A stretch of 64,000 bases of DNA. It comes from a bacterium. Lineage in GTDB: Bacteria; UBA8248; JACPRG01; G963555815. Position 1 is the stretch's first letter, and every line of letters begins with the position of its first letter. The stretch lies in NCBI GenBank assembly GCA_965261595.1, contig CBDHDG010000004.1, positions 1-64,000 on the forward strand, written 5' to 3'. The notes beneath the pieces were generated by a model. That model was not told the origin of the DNA and did no database searches. It saw nothing but the letters and a program-made list of their open reading frames with translations. A program made the translations under genes and the position numbers. This document shows, in pieces, positions 19,342 to 30,002 of this stretch.

Positions 19342-20659
19342 GGTCGAATACCCTCACCCGAGTGTCCAATAACCCAGGGGCGGTCCAATACTTCACTCGG
19401 CAAAACTTGTAAGGTCGCACTTCATCAATTCCGTTTTTTCCGCCGCCCAGCTTGTGGGTGCCGATTTGCAAGCGGCCGTGTTCTTCGGCTGCAGGTTTGA
19501 CGAAGCGCATCTCTACAGTGCCAATATGGTCGGAGCCGACTTCATTCTGTCGAGGCCGTGGACAGCTCGTCTTTATTTTCCATCCAATCAGGACTCAATC
19601 GATACTGTATCGTTCGAGAGGGAAGGAGTCGGAGGCATCAACGATCTTCTGGATGGATGCCGCGAACTGAGGGAATTCTACTGAGAGGACGCCATCCTGT
19701 ATTTCAGAGGGGAAGGTTGCTTCTCTTGGGAGCTGCGTCCTTCCGTGATGAGAGTCTCTCAAGATGACCGATACGCTTTCCGGTCGGCAGAAGCCGAAAT
19801 GCTAAACGATCTCATGACTCGTCAACCGGATGCGTTTAACGGAGTGGGCTCGGCTCTCGCGCAATGGGTCTTTGCACAACATCACAGATTGAAGACACGT
19901 CTTCTCGACATCAGCCGCAATCCGCTGGTCGCACTCTTCAACGCCTGTATCGAGAAGGAACAGGAGGACGGCAAGCTACACGTATTTGCTGTGCCCAGGT
20001 CTCTCATCAAGCCGTTCAATAGCGACACGGTCAGGATCATTTCGAACTTTGCAAAACTGCCGCGCAGCGAGCAGAATCTTCTTTTGGGCAAGACAGTGGC
20101 GGACGCAAGAGGAGATGTCTTCCCTGCTGAGGCGAACAATGTTCTCACCTGCCGAGAGTTGTTTTCCCGAGCCAAGGCGCGTCTGCATGCCATTATTCGC
20201 CAGGAGAGCCCGAACTTCGAGGAGAAGACCGATTTGCGAGATCTTTTCCGGGTCCTGGTCGTGGAACCTCAACGTATGTTTGATCGCCTTAAAGCACAAT
20301 CGGGCGCATTTCTTATTTCGGCGTTCCATGAGAGGTTCGAACGTGACGAGGTATTGAAGTGGAATGCGGAAGTGCCGCTTTACGGGCATTACGTCTTGAG
20401 GGTGCCCAGTGGCCAATAAGATCTCGATTCTCAACGAACTCCAACTGCTGAACGTGACGCGTGAAGTCCTCTATCCGAATGTCGACGAGGCTGCTCGCGC
20501 AATTACTGAACAGCGTCTGGATCGGAAAGGCGGATCCGCATATCCGTGACTGGTGGAAGGCGTCAGCGATTGCCTGTTAGTGCTAGCACCGGCCAGTTCG
20601 CCCCGTCGAGGAACTGTTGGCCGTGACGCCAGAGCTCTTCCGGCCAAGGTGTTTGCCGG

Positions 20660-21404
20660 GAAGCTATAGGCTGGGCGATGTGGTCGCCTTTCATCCTCCG
20701 TGCAATCGGCTAGGCATTGATATGGGATGCGCGGTGCGGGCCACAGGCGCCTGTCGCGCCGCCTGCGCGGTGAGGCTGGAAGGTACGGTGGGTTGGGCTC
20801 CTGGGAGCGCGGGTGGTTGGCGACCGGCATGGAGGGGCGTCGAGATCTACTGCGCAGGCGACATTGAGCTGCTTGCGAGCGACCGCAATCCCGAAACTAC
20901 AACGATATGGGTCGGAACTTGGTCAACAGCCAGACCGCCGAGGTCGTCGGGGTGAACGGTGGCAAGGTGACGTTCCGTCTGGAGGACGGACGCATGCTCG
21001 ACATGAAGGCGGGTGATCCCCAGTTGCGACATATCGACCGAGCCTGGGCGTCGACCGTACGTGCGTTCCAGGGCCGGACGGTGGACACGGTCATCGCGGC
21101 GATGGAGGCCAACCATCCTAATCTCACCAACCGGAAGACGCTCTACGTGGAGATCAGCCGGGACAGGGACAGGGCGGAACTGGTGACCGACGATGCCAGG
21201 GCGTTGCGGGAGCGGCTCGATGCTGTGACCGGGGAGCCGATCGCGGCCCTGGAAGCGGTCGAGCCAGAGAAGGCGAAGCCCATGGACATCGGTCCGGAGG
21301 TGACCCACAGTCTTGACAGGGACGGCACCGCGCGGGAGTCCAGAGAGCAGACACCAGGGACAGAGAAGGCACGTGAGCCGCGGGGGGTCGAGATGGAGAT
21401 GTAG
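20660..21404 (+). pseudogene. Degenerate second copy of the relaxase 3' end
   Basis: Paralogous to about 16500-17250 (GDVVAFH..RLG; LVNSQTAEV..FRLEDGRMLDMKAGDPQLRHIDRAWASTV); frameshifted and lacks the relaxase domain. Confidence 0.85.
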
Positions 21405-21612
21405 GCTGACATGATTTCAATTGGGTCGGGTTTGCCGAATCGCGCATAAACTGTTAAAGTCGGGAGGTTGACTCCGAAAAGTGACGTTCGAGCGAAATGC
21501 TGGGCCGCTGTCGGCATTGCTCTGCAGGGTCTGGACGATGGAATCCTACAATATTATTGTTTTTCGCCAATGTTGATGTTTAGCGGTAAACTGCTTAGGA
21601 GGTTGACCGGAA

Positions 21613-21840
21613 ATGCCTATTATGCCTGAGCAGTGCCGCATGGTTCGGGCAGGCTTGCATTGGAGCCATGTCGAGTTGTCACGTCGATCGGACGTTGCGC
21701 CAGCCACCATAGCGGCATTCGAGAAAGGTCTCAGGACGCCCTATCCCAGAACCGTTCGAGATCTGGAAGCGGCCCTTGAGACAGCGGGAGTTAAATTCGT
21801 GAACGGCGTAGCATCCGTTAATAAGGATCGCGACGAATGA
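21613..21840 (+). CDS. XRE-family HTH regulator
   Basis: QCRMVRAGLHWS..ELS..SDVA..TI..FEKG; RBS AGGAGG; ATGA overlap with the next gene. Confidence 0.85.
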   Translation: MPIMPEQCRMVRAGLHWSHVELSRRSDVAPATIAAFEKGLRTPYPRTVRDLEAALETAGVKFVNGVASVNKDRDE

Positions 21841-22482
21841 GCAATGAAGTTGCATCGCCGGATATGCCGCCCTTGGCGTCGGTCACCACCGTACCGGTTG
21901 AACGGCTGGTGCTGGATCATAGCAACCCGCGTTTGATAAGCGTGGACGGCGATACAAACGATGTGGAAATCATCGCGCAACTCTACCGCGCGGAAGATCT
22001 TGGCGAGTTGCTCCAGTCGATCGCGTCCAACGGCTATCTGGACATCGAGCCTCTCATCGTCCTAGAGGAGAATGGGTGTCTAACTGTGCTTGAGGGCAAC
22101 CGCCGTCTGGCGGCTATCCGCCTATTCCGGGAATCGGATCTCACCGCCCGTCTCTCTGAGCAAGGAAAGATCAGGATCACGCTTCCGGATATCCCGGATC
22201 AATATCGAAACACGCTCGACCAAGTTTCGGTCTACCGCGTAGCCAGCCGTGAGGATGCGCGTTCGTTTATCGGGTTCAAGCACATAAACGGCACTGCTAA
22301 ATGGGAATCTTACGCCAAGGGCAAGTTCGCCGCTGACTGGTATCGCGGCGGCGGGGTTACGCTCAAGGGCGTAAACCGGATCTATAGCCGCGGGAAGGAT
22401 CGCGCCAAAGACGAAATGGATGACGGGTTGACCTACGGCGCATACTCCAGGTTTCGTGACCGTTCAAGAAAGGAGTCCGACC

Positions 22483-22953
22483 GTGAAGAAGAGAGTTTAC
22501 CTGGCAAACCCCTACGGGTTTTCACAACAACAGCAGCACGGGCTGCTTCCCGCCTTTGTAGAGGCGATTGGTTCGCTGGGAGCGGAGGTGTGGGAGCCCT
22601 TTCAGCGAAACAATCAGATCGACTTCACCGCGTCCGGATGGGCATACAAAGTGGGGCAAGCCGACCTGAAGGACGTTTTCGAGTCGGACGGTATTTTTGC
22701 CATCGTGAACGGCACCCCGCCCGACGAAGGAGTCATGGTAGAGCTCGGCGTCGCGATCGGCCTCGGGAAAAAGATCTTTCTCTTCCGCGACGATTTCAGA
22801 AGATGTACAGAATCGGAAGTTTATCCCCTGAACCTCATGCTCTTCACCGGTCTCCCTGAATGGGGGTGGGAAGACCATTACTATACGTCCGTGAGCGAGA
22901 TCCCTTCTCCGAAGAAGGCGCTGGCCCGGTGGCTGCGTGGTGAACTCGACTGA
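22483..22953 (+). CDS. Nucleoside 2-deoxyribosyltransferase family protein
   Basis: VYLANP.GF, DL..V.ESD.IFA.VNG.PPDEG..VELG.A, NLML motifs; AAGGAG RBS before GTG. Confidence 0.85.
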   Translation: MKKRVYLANPYGFSQQQQHGLLPAFVEAIGSLGAEVWEPFQRNNQIDFTASGWAYKVGQADLKDVFESDGIFAIVNGTPPDEGVMVELGVAIGLGKKIFLFRDDFRRCTESEVYPLNLMLFTGLPEWGWEDHYYTSVSEIPSPKKALARWLRGELD

Positions 22954-22983
22954 CCTGATACGCGACGCTATGATAGATGTTGA

Positions 22984-24651
22984 CCGGAATTTCCCATATC
23001 AACTTGCTTGGGTGGTTTCCGGTCCCCTTTCCCGATGAAAACCAGTTGATCCCCTTCCGATGGGTCTGTCAAGAGCCTTCCAACCCTCCGCAACAAGGTG
23101 CTGACGGCCATCGACTGCCCCAAAAGGCGGACCCTCGCCCTTCGGTCCCCTTTATTCGCGGTTCAACCCGTTAACCAATCACCTCATGCTGCCGGGAACC
23201 CTCTGCACAAGGTTAGACCGGCACCGGCCGTAATCGGTTGATTCGGTCCAGGATGATGGCGAACTCTTCCCTGGATACCGCTACTTCGGCCAATTGAAAG
23301 ATGATCTGCCGGGCGTGCCGCACAATCCTCCCGCCCATTTTGATGAGCTTGACCTGGAGGCTTCGCAGCGACCAGTGCTTGAGCCCCCTGGGCAAGGCTA
23401 GCCTGCGCAGGAAATTGCCCAGGTTGTACGCCAGGACGAAGAGAAGGAGCCGCACCTGGTTGCACACGAACCGGTGACAGGAAAGGCGTGTCCAGTTCAG
23501 GGCGTACTTGCCTTCCTTGATCCATTGCTCGGCTGTGCCTCGCTGGTTGTAGAAGTGCACGACCCCCTCGGGTCGAGCCGTCAGGTTCGTGACAATGAAT
23601 CCGACGCGAGGGAAGAGTTCGCCTGAGTGCCATTCCACCTTCGCCACGACCCGCCGGGAACGGTCCCAGCTTCCAGCCTGATACCGGAAGTCGTAATAGA
23701 AGATGATGGGTCTCTTGGGCGGGCGACCGACCGGGCGGGTGAGGAGGAAGTCGATCTCTCGCTGCACCACGTCGTTGGCGGGAAGGCGGATGGCGTAAAG
23801 GAAGCTGTGCGCTTCCAGGCACTCATAGACCTCCGGGCGCGCAAAGGCGGCATCGGCTCGGAAGTAACGGCGAACACCCGCCCGCTCATACCGGGCCGCG
23901 ATGGGCGAAAGCAACTCGCGCCAGCCATCGGCGCTGTGCACGTTGCCGGGGCGCAACATCGCCCCTTCGCAGTCCCCGAACTGGTTAAAGCAAAAAAGAG
24001 GGTGATAACAGGTGCAACGAAAGTGGCCGTTGTAGGCCGCACCTTCCTGCTCCCCATGGACGGGGCTTTCCGAGCTGTCCATGTCCAGGATGATTCGCTG
24101 ATGGGGTGAGTGTGCCATGGCCCGGTCCACCCACTCCCGGTTCAGCTCGCTCCGGCCCCTTGAGATTCTCCTCCCTGGTGAGAACCTCGGTCTCGAACCG
24201 GCTCAGGGTGTTGGCGCCCGCCGCCTGCTTCTCAAGCGCTCGGCGGCCGACCACGGCTTGCATCGCGGGGTCCTGGGCCAACCGCTCGGCATCGTTGGTG
24301 TCTTCATACCCTGCCAAGCGGCTATAGACCGACTGGCGCAATAGCGGCGCCAACTCATGCTGGATGTTCCGGCCATGACGGATCTCTTGCAATTGCACTG
24401 GCGCTCTCACCGTCAAACCCAGCGCATCATCCAGCTCCCGGCAGGCCAGCAATCCCGCATCCGAAGTGATTCTGGTTCCGTGAAACTCAAGCCTCAGCCG
24501 ACGGTCAAAACGGATCTTCAAAGCCCCCTTCTTCGCTTCACCCATTGGGTCCCCTCGCAAGATGATGGCAGGGAGAGGCCAACACCTTGATCTTACACGA
24601 GAAAACGGCATTCGGTCCGACAAAACTTATGATCCATATGGGAAATGCGGG
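22984..24651 (-). mobile_element. IS1380-family element, copy 1
   Basis: IRs CCGGAATTTCCCATAT / ATATGGGAAATGCGGG enclose the transposase. Confidence 0.9.
23213..24545 (-). pseudogene. IS1380 DDE transposase, frameshifted near 24155
   Basis: ITSDAGLL, GYEDTND, LDMDSS, FRADAAF, YNQRGTAEQWIKEGK. Confidence 0.85.
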
Positions 24652-25267
24652 TCAAGAAGATTGCCGATCGAATCGGCGGCAAGCACGACACGGTCAAGCG
24701 CATGGTCAATGCGATCTATGTGCTGGAACAGGCTTAGGATGAAGGAATCTTTCGCATTGATGATCGGGCGAGCACGCGGTTCAACTTCTCGCACCTTTAC
24801 ACGGCGTTGTCTCGTGCGCCTTATATGCAGTTTCTCGGTCTGGAAGCTGCCTGGTTCCGCTACGATCCGAATCCGGATCCGGTTCCCGCTGATGGACTGG
24901 AACCGCTGCGCGAAGTTTTGAAGTGGTTGTATGGATCACGGGAGGCAGACGTGCTTCCGGTGGTTCAATCTCAAAATCCGGACATCAAGCATCTGGGAGA
25001 AGTCCTCGCCAGTAGCGAGGGACTGACGGTTCTTAGGGGGACCGGCTCGCTCTCCGAAGCCCATGCGAGCACACAGCCTGCCGACCGCAAGTTCTCCGAG
25101 TCGTTACTGAGAGCGAGGAGGGAAGTTCGTGAGGCATCCAACAGTCTGCGCGGATTTGATGGCCGCGATGTGGCGCTTGTCGACATCGCTGAAGACATTT
25201 TCGAGACGGCCCAGACGATTCATGACCGAATGAAAAAGAAAATGCGAGACGCCGCGATGGGTGGCGA

Positions 25268-26269
25268 ATGAGCGCTGCGGTCTATCTTCCATCCGATGAA
25301 TTCGGCGGCACTCAGCCTCCTGATTTGGACCTTGCGTCGGACTACCTTGAGTTGAAGGCCATTTTCTCTGCAGACAGACAGTCCTTCAGTGAGGACATCG
25401 TTGACGCATTGGAGCTCGCGGCCGAGGCTGAATTCGATGATGTCAACGCCGAGATAGAGGCTCGCGAGGATGTCGCAGCCGGTGCGGTGGCTCGCATGAC
25501 ATCGCGCAAACGCGCGCTTGCGACGGCCTACCCGTTCGACCTCGATGACCGTGGAGACGCGATTTTCTTCACCGCCGAACAGCCGGACCTCGGACAGGCT
25601 GCCTATCTGGTGTCGCTCTTGCTATCCAACCTTCGCGCGCTATCCCCTCTGCTCGACGGTTCCGAAATGCATCCGTCGGACCACGAGGTGCGCCAGCTTC
25701 GCCAGCATTTTCAATATTTCGCAACAGCCGCGATCGCAGCGGAGATCGGTGGACCTGCCTGGTCCTTTGGACATCCGCGGCCTGACGGTACGGGGTTCAT
25801 CAGAAAGCTCTCCGAAATCTGGGCCGTGCTGAAAGACGGAAGCGTCAAAGCCGACCCCGCTGCGCCAGCCGCCCCCAAGGACGATCAAGTGGACGTCTTC
25901 GCTTGGCGTGAGCAAAGAGACGGCTTACCCGGATTTCTCCTGGTTGCTGCGCAGGTGGCAACGGGCAGGAACTGGAGAGACAAGACGATCAAGTCCCATA
26001 TTGACCGTGTGTTTGCCGCTCGCTGGTTCGATCGTCCTCCCGCAACCGAGATGGTCGTGTACCACGTTGTTCCATTTGCTCGGCCGGATCACAAGTTCCG
26101 CGACGATGTATTGGTGCTGGGCAATGTGCTGCATCGCCTTCGCGTTCCGCGTCGGGTGACTGAGGCTGTTGACCTTGCCCAGAACGGCGTAACGATCGAG
26201 GCGATCGACAAGTTGGAAGCAGCGACGGAATGGATCAGGTCATACATGGAACGGGCGAGGGGCGCATGA
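25268..26269 (+). CDS. Hypothetical protein with putative PD-(D/E)xK-like nuclease core
   Basis: KDDQVDVFAW...AAQVATGRNW resembles a restriction-endonuclease-fold variant (inference); ATGA-coupled on both sides. Confidence 0.55.
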   Translation: MSAAVYLPSDEFGGTQPPDLDLASDYLELKAIFSADRQSFSEDIVDALELAAEAEFDDVNAEIEAREDVAAGAVARMTSRKRALATAYPFDLDDRGDAIFFTAEQPDLGQAAYLVSLLLSNLRALSPLLDGSEMHPSDHEVRQLRQHFQYFATAAIAAEIGGPAWSFGHPRPDGTGFIRKLSEIWAVLKDGSVKADPAAPAAPKDDQVDVFAWREQRDGLPGFLLVAAQVATGRNWRDKTIKSHIDRVFAARWFDRPPATEMVVYHVVPFARPDHKFRDDVLVLGNVLHRLRVPRRVTEAVDLAQNGVTIEAIDKLEAATEWIRSYMERARGA

Positions 26270-27357
26270 GACACCGTTTCCATTCCATTTGCCCGTATTT
26301 CGCGATGTTCCCTGAGACCTTCGTCGAGAAACATCTTGCGGCGACGAGATTCGATGGTGTGGTCTTTGATCCGTTTTGCGGGCGCGGCACCACGGTCTTC
26401 GAGAGTCTCATACGCGAACGGAAAGCCGCCGGATGTGACGTGCACCCCGTTGCCGTTTGTGTGTCCGGCGCCAAAAGTGATCCGCCGACGCGTTCCGAAG
26501 TCTTCGAACGGCTATCCACGTTGGAGGGAGAGAGCTTTTCGTTCAGAGCCAGCGACAACGGGGGGGAACTGGCCGAGTTCTTCAGTCTCTGTTTCGAACC
26601 GGCAACTTACGACCAGGTTTACTTTCTGCGGAACAACCTCGATTGGCGCAAAGATCGCACCGACCGCTTTATTGCCGCGCTGTCACTTGGGGCGCTACAC
26701 GGAGAATCTCACCGGAGCCTCAACTACTTCAGCAATCGAATGCCGAGGACGATCAGTACGAAACCGGCTTACTCAGTACGATGGTGGCGTAAGAACGGGT
26801 ATGAGCCTCCAACAAGGGATGTGTTTTCGATCCTGAGGCGCACGAATGACTACCGTTTCAAAACCAGTCCGCCCGACCGACGCGGTGAAGTAGCCCTGTC
26901 GGACGCGAGAGATGCGGCCGGAAGTTTTCCTCATCTGGCCGGAAAGGTAACGGACGTCATCACGTCGCCGCCCTATCTGGACACAACGAACTATCGTGAA
27001 GATCAATGGCTACGATTGTGGTTTCTTGGTGGAGAGGCGACCGTCAGCCATCGGCGCTATGACGGCCGTCACTACAATGTCGACAAGTACCGAACATTTC
27101 TGACCGAAGCATGGGCGGGCATGGCCCCGCTTCTGGCCAACGAAGCACGCATGGTCGTGAGGATCGGAGGACGAAAGCTCAATAGGGATGAGATCCTGGA
27201 AGCTCTCAGAAACTCGCTCGAATGCGGAATCAAGCGAAGCGTTCACCTTATTGATGCCGGCGTATCGTCGCCGGTCAGGCATACGCAGGCCAATGCATTC
27301 CGTGGCTCGAAACCGTCGCCGACGGTTGAGCACGACTTCTGTTTTCTGCTGCGGTAG
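26266..27357 (+). CDS. Amino (probably N4-cytosine) DNA methyltransferase
   Basis: Motif I FDPFCGRGTT precedes motif IV ITSPPY; ATG at 26266 overlaps the upstream stop. Confidence 0.88.
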   Translation: MRHRFHSICPYFAMFPETFVEKHLAATRFDGVVFDPFCGRGTTVFESLIRERKAAGCDVHPVAVCVSGAKSDPPTRSEVFERLSTLEGESFSFRASDNGGELAEFFSLCFEPATYDQVYFLRNNLDWRKDRTDRFIAALSLGALHGESHRSLNYFSNRMPRTISTKPAYSVRWWRKNGYEPPTRDVFSILRRTNDYRFKTSPPDRRGEVALSDARDAAGSFPHLAGKVTDVITSPPYLDTTNYREDQWLRLWFLGGEATVSHRRYDGRHYNVDKYRTFLTEAWAGMAPLLANEARMVVRIGGRKLNRDEILEALRNSLECGIKRSVHLIDAGVSSPVRHTQANAFRGSKPSPTVEHDFCFLLR

Positions 27358-27482
27358 TAGGCCTGCCCTGCATCGACGCAATCGCCGTCGGACAGGTGCG
27401 GTGACAAGCTCCGAGCAGAAAAGGTCCATGAACAGGGCGGCCGGACATTAACCCTGATTCTCCGGCACGGATCGCTTAGGCG

Positions 27483-28701
27483 GTGAACTCGACCTATCGA
27501 GATTGGCGAGAATATCAAGAAGCCGTGGCCAGCTTTTTTCGGGAACGCGGCTGCAAGGTTAACGTTGAAGCCAAGATAACAGGTGTTCGCGCAACGCACT
27601 GCATCGATGTGGATATCACCTTCCGTCAGCATGGCATTGAGTGCCGCTGGATAGTCGAGTGCAAGCTGTGGAAGGGACGCGTGAAGAAAGAGAATGTCGA
27701 AGCCCTGAAGAGCATCGTCGACGATATCGGAGCCGATCGCGGGATCCTCTTTTGCGAGAACGATTTTCAACCAAGTGCGCGAGATGCCGCTCGCAACACA
27801 AACGTCCTTCTCCAAACGTCCCTTGAGGAGTTCAAACGGACGGTGTGTCTTGACAAGACGCGCGCTACCCTCGTCTACAAGGAGTCCGACGAGCCCGACG
27901 CCTCGCCGGTCCAGTTGTTCCTGAACGGCGACCAGCCACACCATCTCCTGCTGTATGGCGGTCGCGTGTTCGTCGGAAACTGGGGAACAGGCAACATTTC
28001 AATAGTTGATCCCGCGACCAAAACGATCGAGAGCACAATCGCTCTGGACAAGTACGAAGCCTCGCCGTCCGCCGGCAACGGGCGGGTGATCAGATCATAT
28101 CTGCCCGGCGACATGGCGTGTGCCAATGAGAAAATCTTCGTTGGACAGGTTTTTTCTGATTTTGTCCTCGCCATCGACATCGACACGCAATCGATCGTCA
28201 AGCGAATCATGATCCCAGGGGGCGGCGAAGGTGCGATCGCTGCCTCTCAGGATGGGCGATGGATCTATTTCGCCAGCAACCAAGTGAATGGCTTCTTCAT
28301 CATCAACAGCGCAACCTACGAGTATCGGAAAGTCGATTATCCGACGGGAGGCAAGGGCAGTTTGTGTGTTCTTCCACATCCATTCAAACCGCTTCTCTAC
28401 GTCGGTATCCAGCGGGGCGGCAATCTCAACGGTAGAACCTACCGTGGTGGCAATTGCTTTCTCGCCACGTATGATCTGGCCGAGGACCGTTATGTCGAAT
28501 CACTCTATCTCGCAGAAGTTGAGAACGGCCGAAGCGACGACTCGATGCCGATCTGCTTGATATACGATGAGGAAGAAGAATGTCTCTTCGTAGGTATGTT
28601 TCAGTCACGGCAAGGTATCTGCCGCGTCGATGAGCGTGGCCGAGAGATTCTTGCGAACATCCGCTTCCTGCCAAACGCGAGGAACAAGCACTTTCGTTGG
28701 G
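27483..28701 (+). pseudogene. Mrr-like restriction endonuclease fused to a YncE/YVTN-like beta-propeller, 3'-truncated by IS3
   Basis: WREYQE.VA..F, IDV, IVECKLW, DIGADRGI motifs, then repeats such as VFVGNWGTGNISIVD and IFVGQ..SDFVLAID; runs into the IS end at 28702. Confidence 0.75.
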
Positions 28702-28743
28702 TGGACTTACCCCGGTTTCGTGGAGAGTTAAGCACTTGGGTTT

Positions 28744-29595
28744 TCAGGGTGTGCGTTGTTGTCTCCTTTCGTAGTTAACGGGTGACAGGTTGTCGATGGA
28801 GGAGTGCCGACGATGCGGGTTGTAGAAGCCCTCGATGAACCCGAACACCTCCATGCGCGCCTCGGCCCGGGTGCGGAAACTGTGGCGAGCGAGGAGCTCG
28901 CACTCCAGCGTGGCGAAAAAGCTCTCACACAGCGCGTTGTCGTAGCAGTCCCCGACCGAACCCATGGAGGGACGCCCGCCCGCCTGCCGGCAGCGCTGCC
29001 CAAAGGCGACCGAGGTGTACTGCGTGCTGCCCTGGTCGGAGTGGTGGATGACGGCCCGGGGACGGCGCTTATACAGCGCCATGTCGAGCGCGTCGAGCAC
29101 CAACTCGGCCCGCAGGTGTGTGGCCATCGACCACCCCACGATGCGCCGGCTGAACGCATCGAGCGCCACGGCCAGATACAAAAACCCCGCCCATGTCGGA
29201 ACGTAGGTGATGTCGGCCACCCACAGCCGGTCGGGGGCCTCGGCCGTGAAGTTGCGGTCCACCAGATCAGGGGCCGGCCGCGCCTCCTGCCGGCGCTGCG
29301 TCGTGCGCGCTCCCTTGCGCCGACTGACGCCCGCAAGTCCCGCCCCACGCATCAGCCTGGCGACGCGCTTGCGGCCCACACGCACTCCCTCAGCCTCCAA
29401 CTCGGCATGGACGCGCGGCACGCCGTAAGTCCCCCGAGAACGCTCGTGGATCGCCTGAATGCGTTTGGTGAGCGCCCGATCGGCACACGAGCGGGCACAC
29501 GGCGCGCGCCTGCGCCACGCGTAGTAGCCGCTGGAGGAGACGCCCAGCACCCGGCACATGGTGGCGGTCCGATACATGGCCTGGTTCGCCCTCAC
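28744..29595 (-). CDS. IS3 OrfB transposase
   Basis: LWVADITY, HHSDQG, CYDNALCESFF. Confidence 0.9.
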   Translation of the reverse strand: MRANQAMYRTATMCRVLGVSSSGYYAWRRRAPCARSCADRALTKRIQAIHERSRGTYGVPRVHAELEAEGVRVGRKRVARLMRGAGLAGVSRRKGARTTQRRQEARPAPDLVDRNFTAEAPDRLWVADITYVPTWAGFLYLAVALDAFSRRIVGWSMATHLRAELVLDALDMALYKRRPRAVIHHSDQGSTQYTSVAFGQRCRQAGGRPSMGSVGDCYDNALCESFFATLECELLARHSFRTRAEARMEVFGFIEGFYNPHRRHSSIDNLSPVNYERRQQRTP

Positions 29596-29906
29596 GAACC
29601 CGTAGATCCGGACGGGATCGAATCGGTATCCCGAGCAAACCAGGCCGCGGCTTTTGCTAAGATCTCCCGCTCCTGGCGGAGCTGTCGGTTCTCGCGGCGA
29701 AGTCGGCGCAACTCCTCCCGCTCATCGCTCGTGAGCCCGTCTTTGCGACGCCCCTCGTCAACGTCGGCTTGATGGGCCCAGGTGCGGATCGTCTGCGCCG
29801 AGGGCTCGAACTCGTGCGCCAGCGCCTCGGGCGTGCGTCCCGCCCGGACCAACTCTACCATCTGGCAGCGGAACTCCATTGGATAGCGTGGGTGAGTCTG
29901 TGGCAT
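29592..29906 (-). CDS. IS3 OrfA
   Basis: RYPMEFR...EELRRLRRENRQLRQEREILAKAAAWFA. Confidence 0.88.
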   Translation of the reverse strand: MPQTHPRYPMEFRCQMVELVRAGRTPEALAHEFEPSAQTIRTWAHQADVDEGRRKDGLTSDEREELRRLRRENRQLRQEREILAKAAAWFARDTDSIPSGSTGS

Positions 29907-29964
29907 CGTGAACACCTCCTTTACCCCCAAATCATCAGGTGTCCACCAAACCGGGTCAACTCCA

Positions 29965-30002
29965 GCGGTGACCCGAATGTTCTTTTGTTGTGTCTGCACC
30001 AT
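29965..30002 (-). pseudogene. 5' remnant of a paralogue of the RHH gene at 32407-32787
   Basis: MVQTQQKNIRVT versus MAQTLQKNIRAT; cut by the IS3 end. Confidence 0.7.

Larger units (their letters stand above)
17984..19387 (+). mobile_element. IS3-family element A, copy 1 (1404 bp)
   Basis: Imperfect terminal IRs, 4-bp TSD ATAC (17980-17983 / 19388-19391), near-identical to copies at 44045 and 47377. Confidence 0.92.
17695..20549 (+). pseudogene. Pentapeptide-repeat / FRG-domain fusion gene, split by an IS3 element and carrying stops and a frameshift
   Basis: MANPEHVNWLREGV..WN..PDL start and pentapeptide repeats; frame rejoins across the IS. LYFRGE..WELRPSV, AQHHRLKTRLLDISRNPLVALFNAC, RLKAQSGAF. 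Stops at 17803 and 19682, frameshift near 20417. Confidence 0.8.
22368..24651 (-). mobile_element. IS1380-family transposition unit: IS plus a captured 616-bp segment
   Basis: 5-bp TSD TCAAG at 22363-22367 and 24652-24656 flanks IS plus passenger; removing the unit restores the ParB frame. Confidence 0.8.
21837..25271 (+). pseudogene. ParB/Srx-like N-terminal domain protein, split by a 2284-bp insertion
   Basis: LDHSNPRL and VLEGNRRLAA motifs. 21837-22367 joins in frame to 24657-25271 (GVTLK|KIADRIG). Extra TAG at 24735. Confidence 0.85.
28702..29964 (-). mobile_element. IS3-family element B (full length, no TSD)
   Basis: TG...CA ends with IRs TGGACTTACCCCGGTTTCGTGGA / TCCACCAAACCGGGTCAACTCCA; orfA and orfB present. 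Confidence 0.9.

Noticed and set aside
21837..22859. 340-aa ORF read as an intact ParB gene
   Set aside because: Everything after 22367 is read-through into inserted DNA; the true C-terminus is at 24657-25271.
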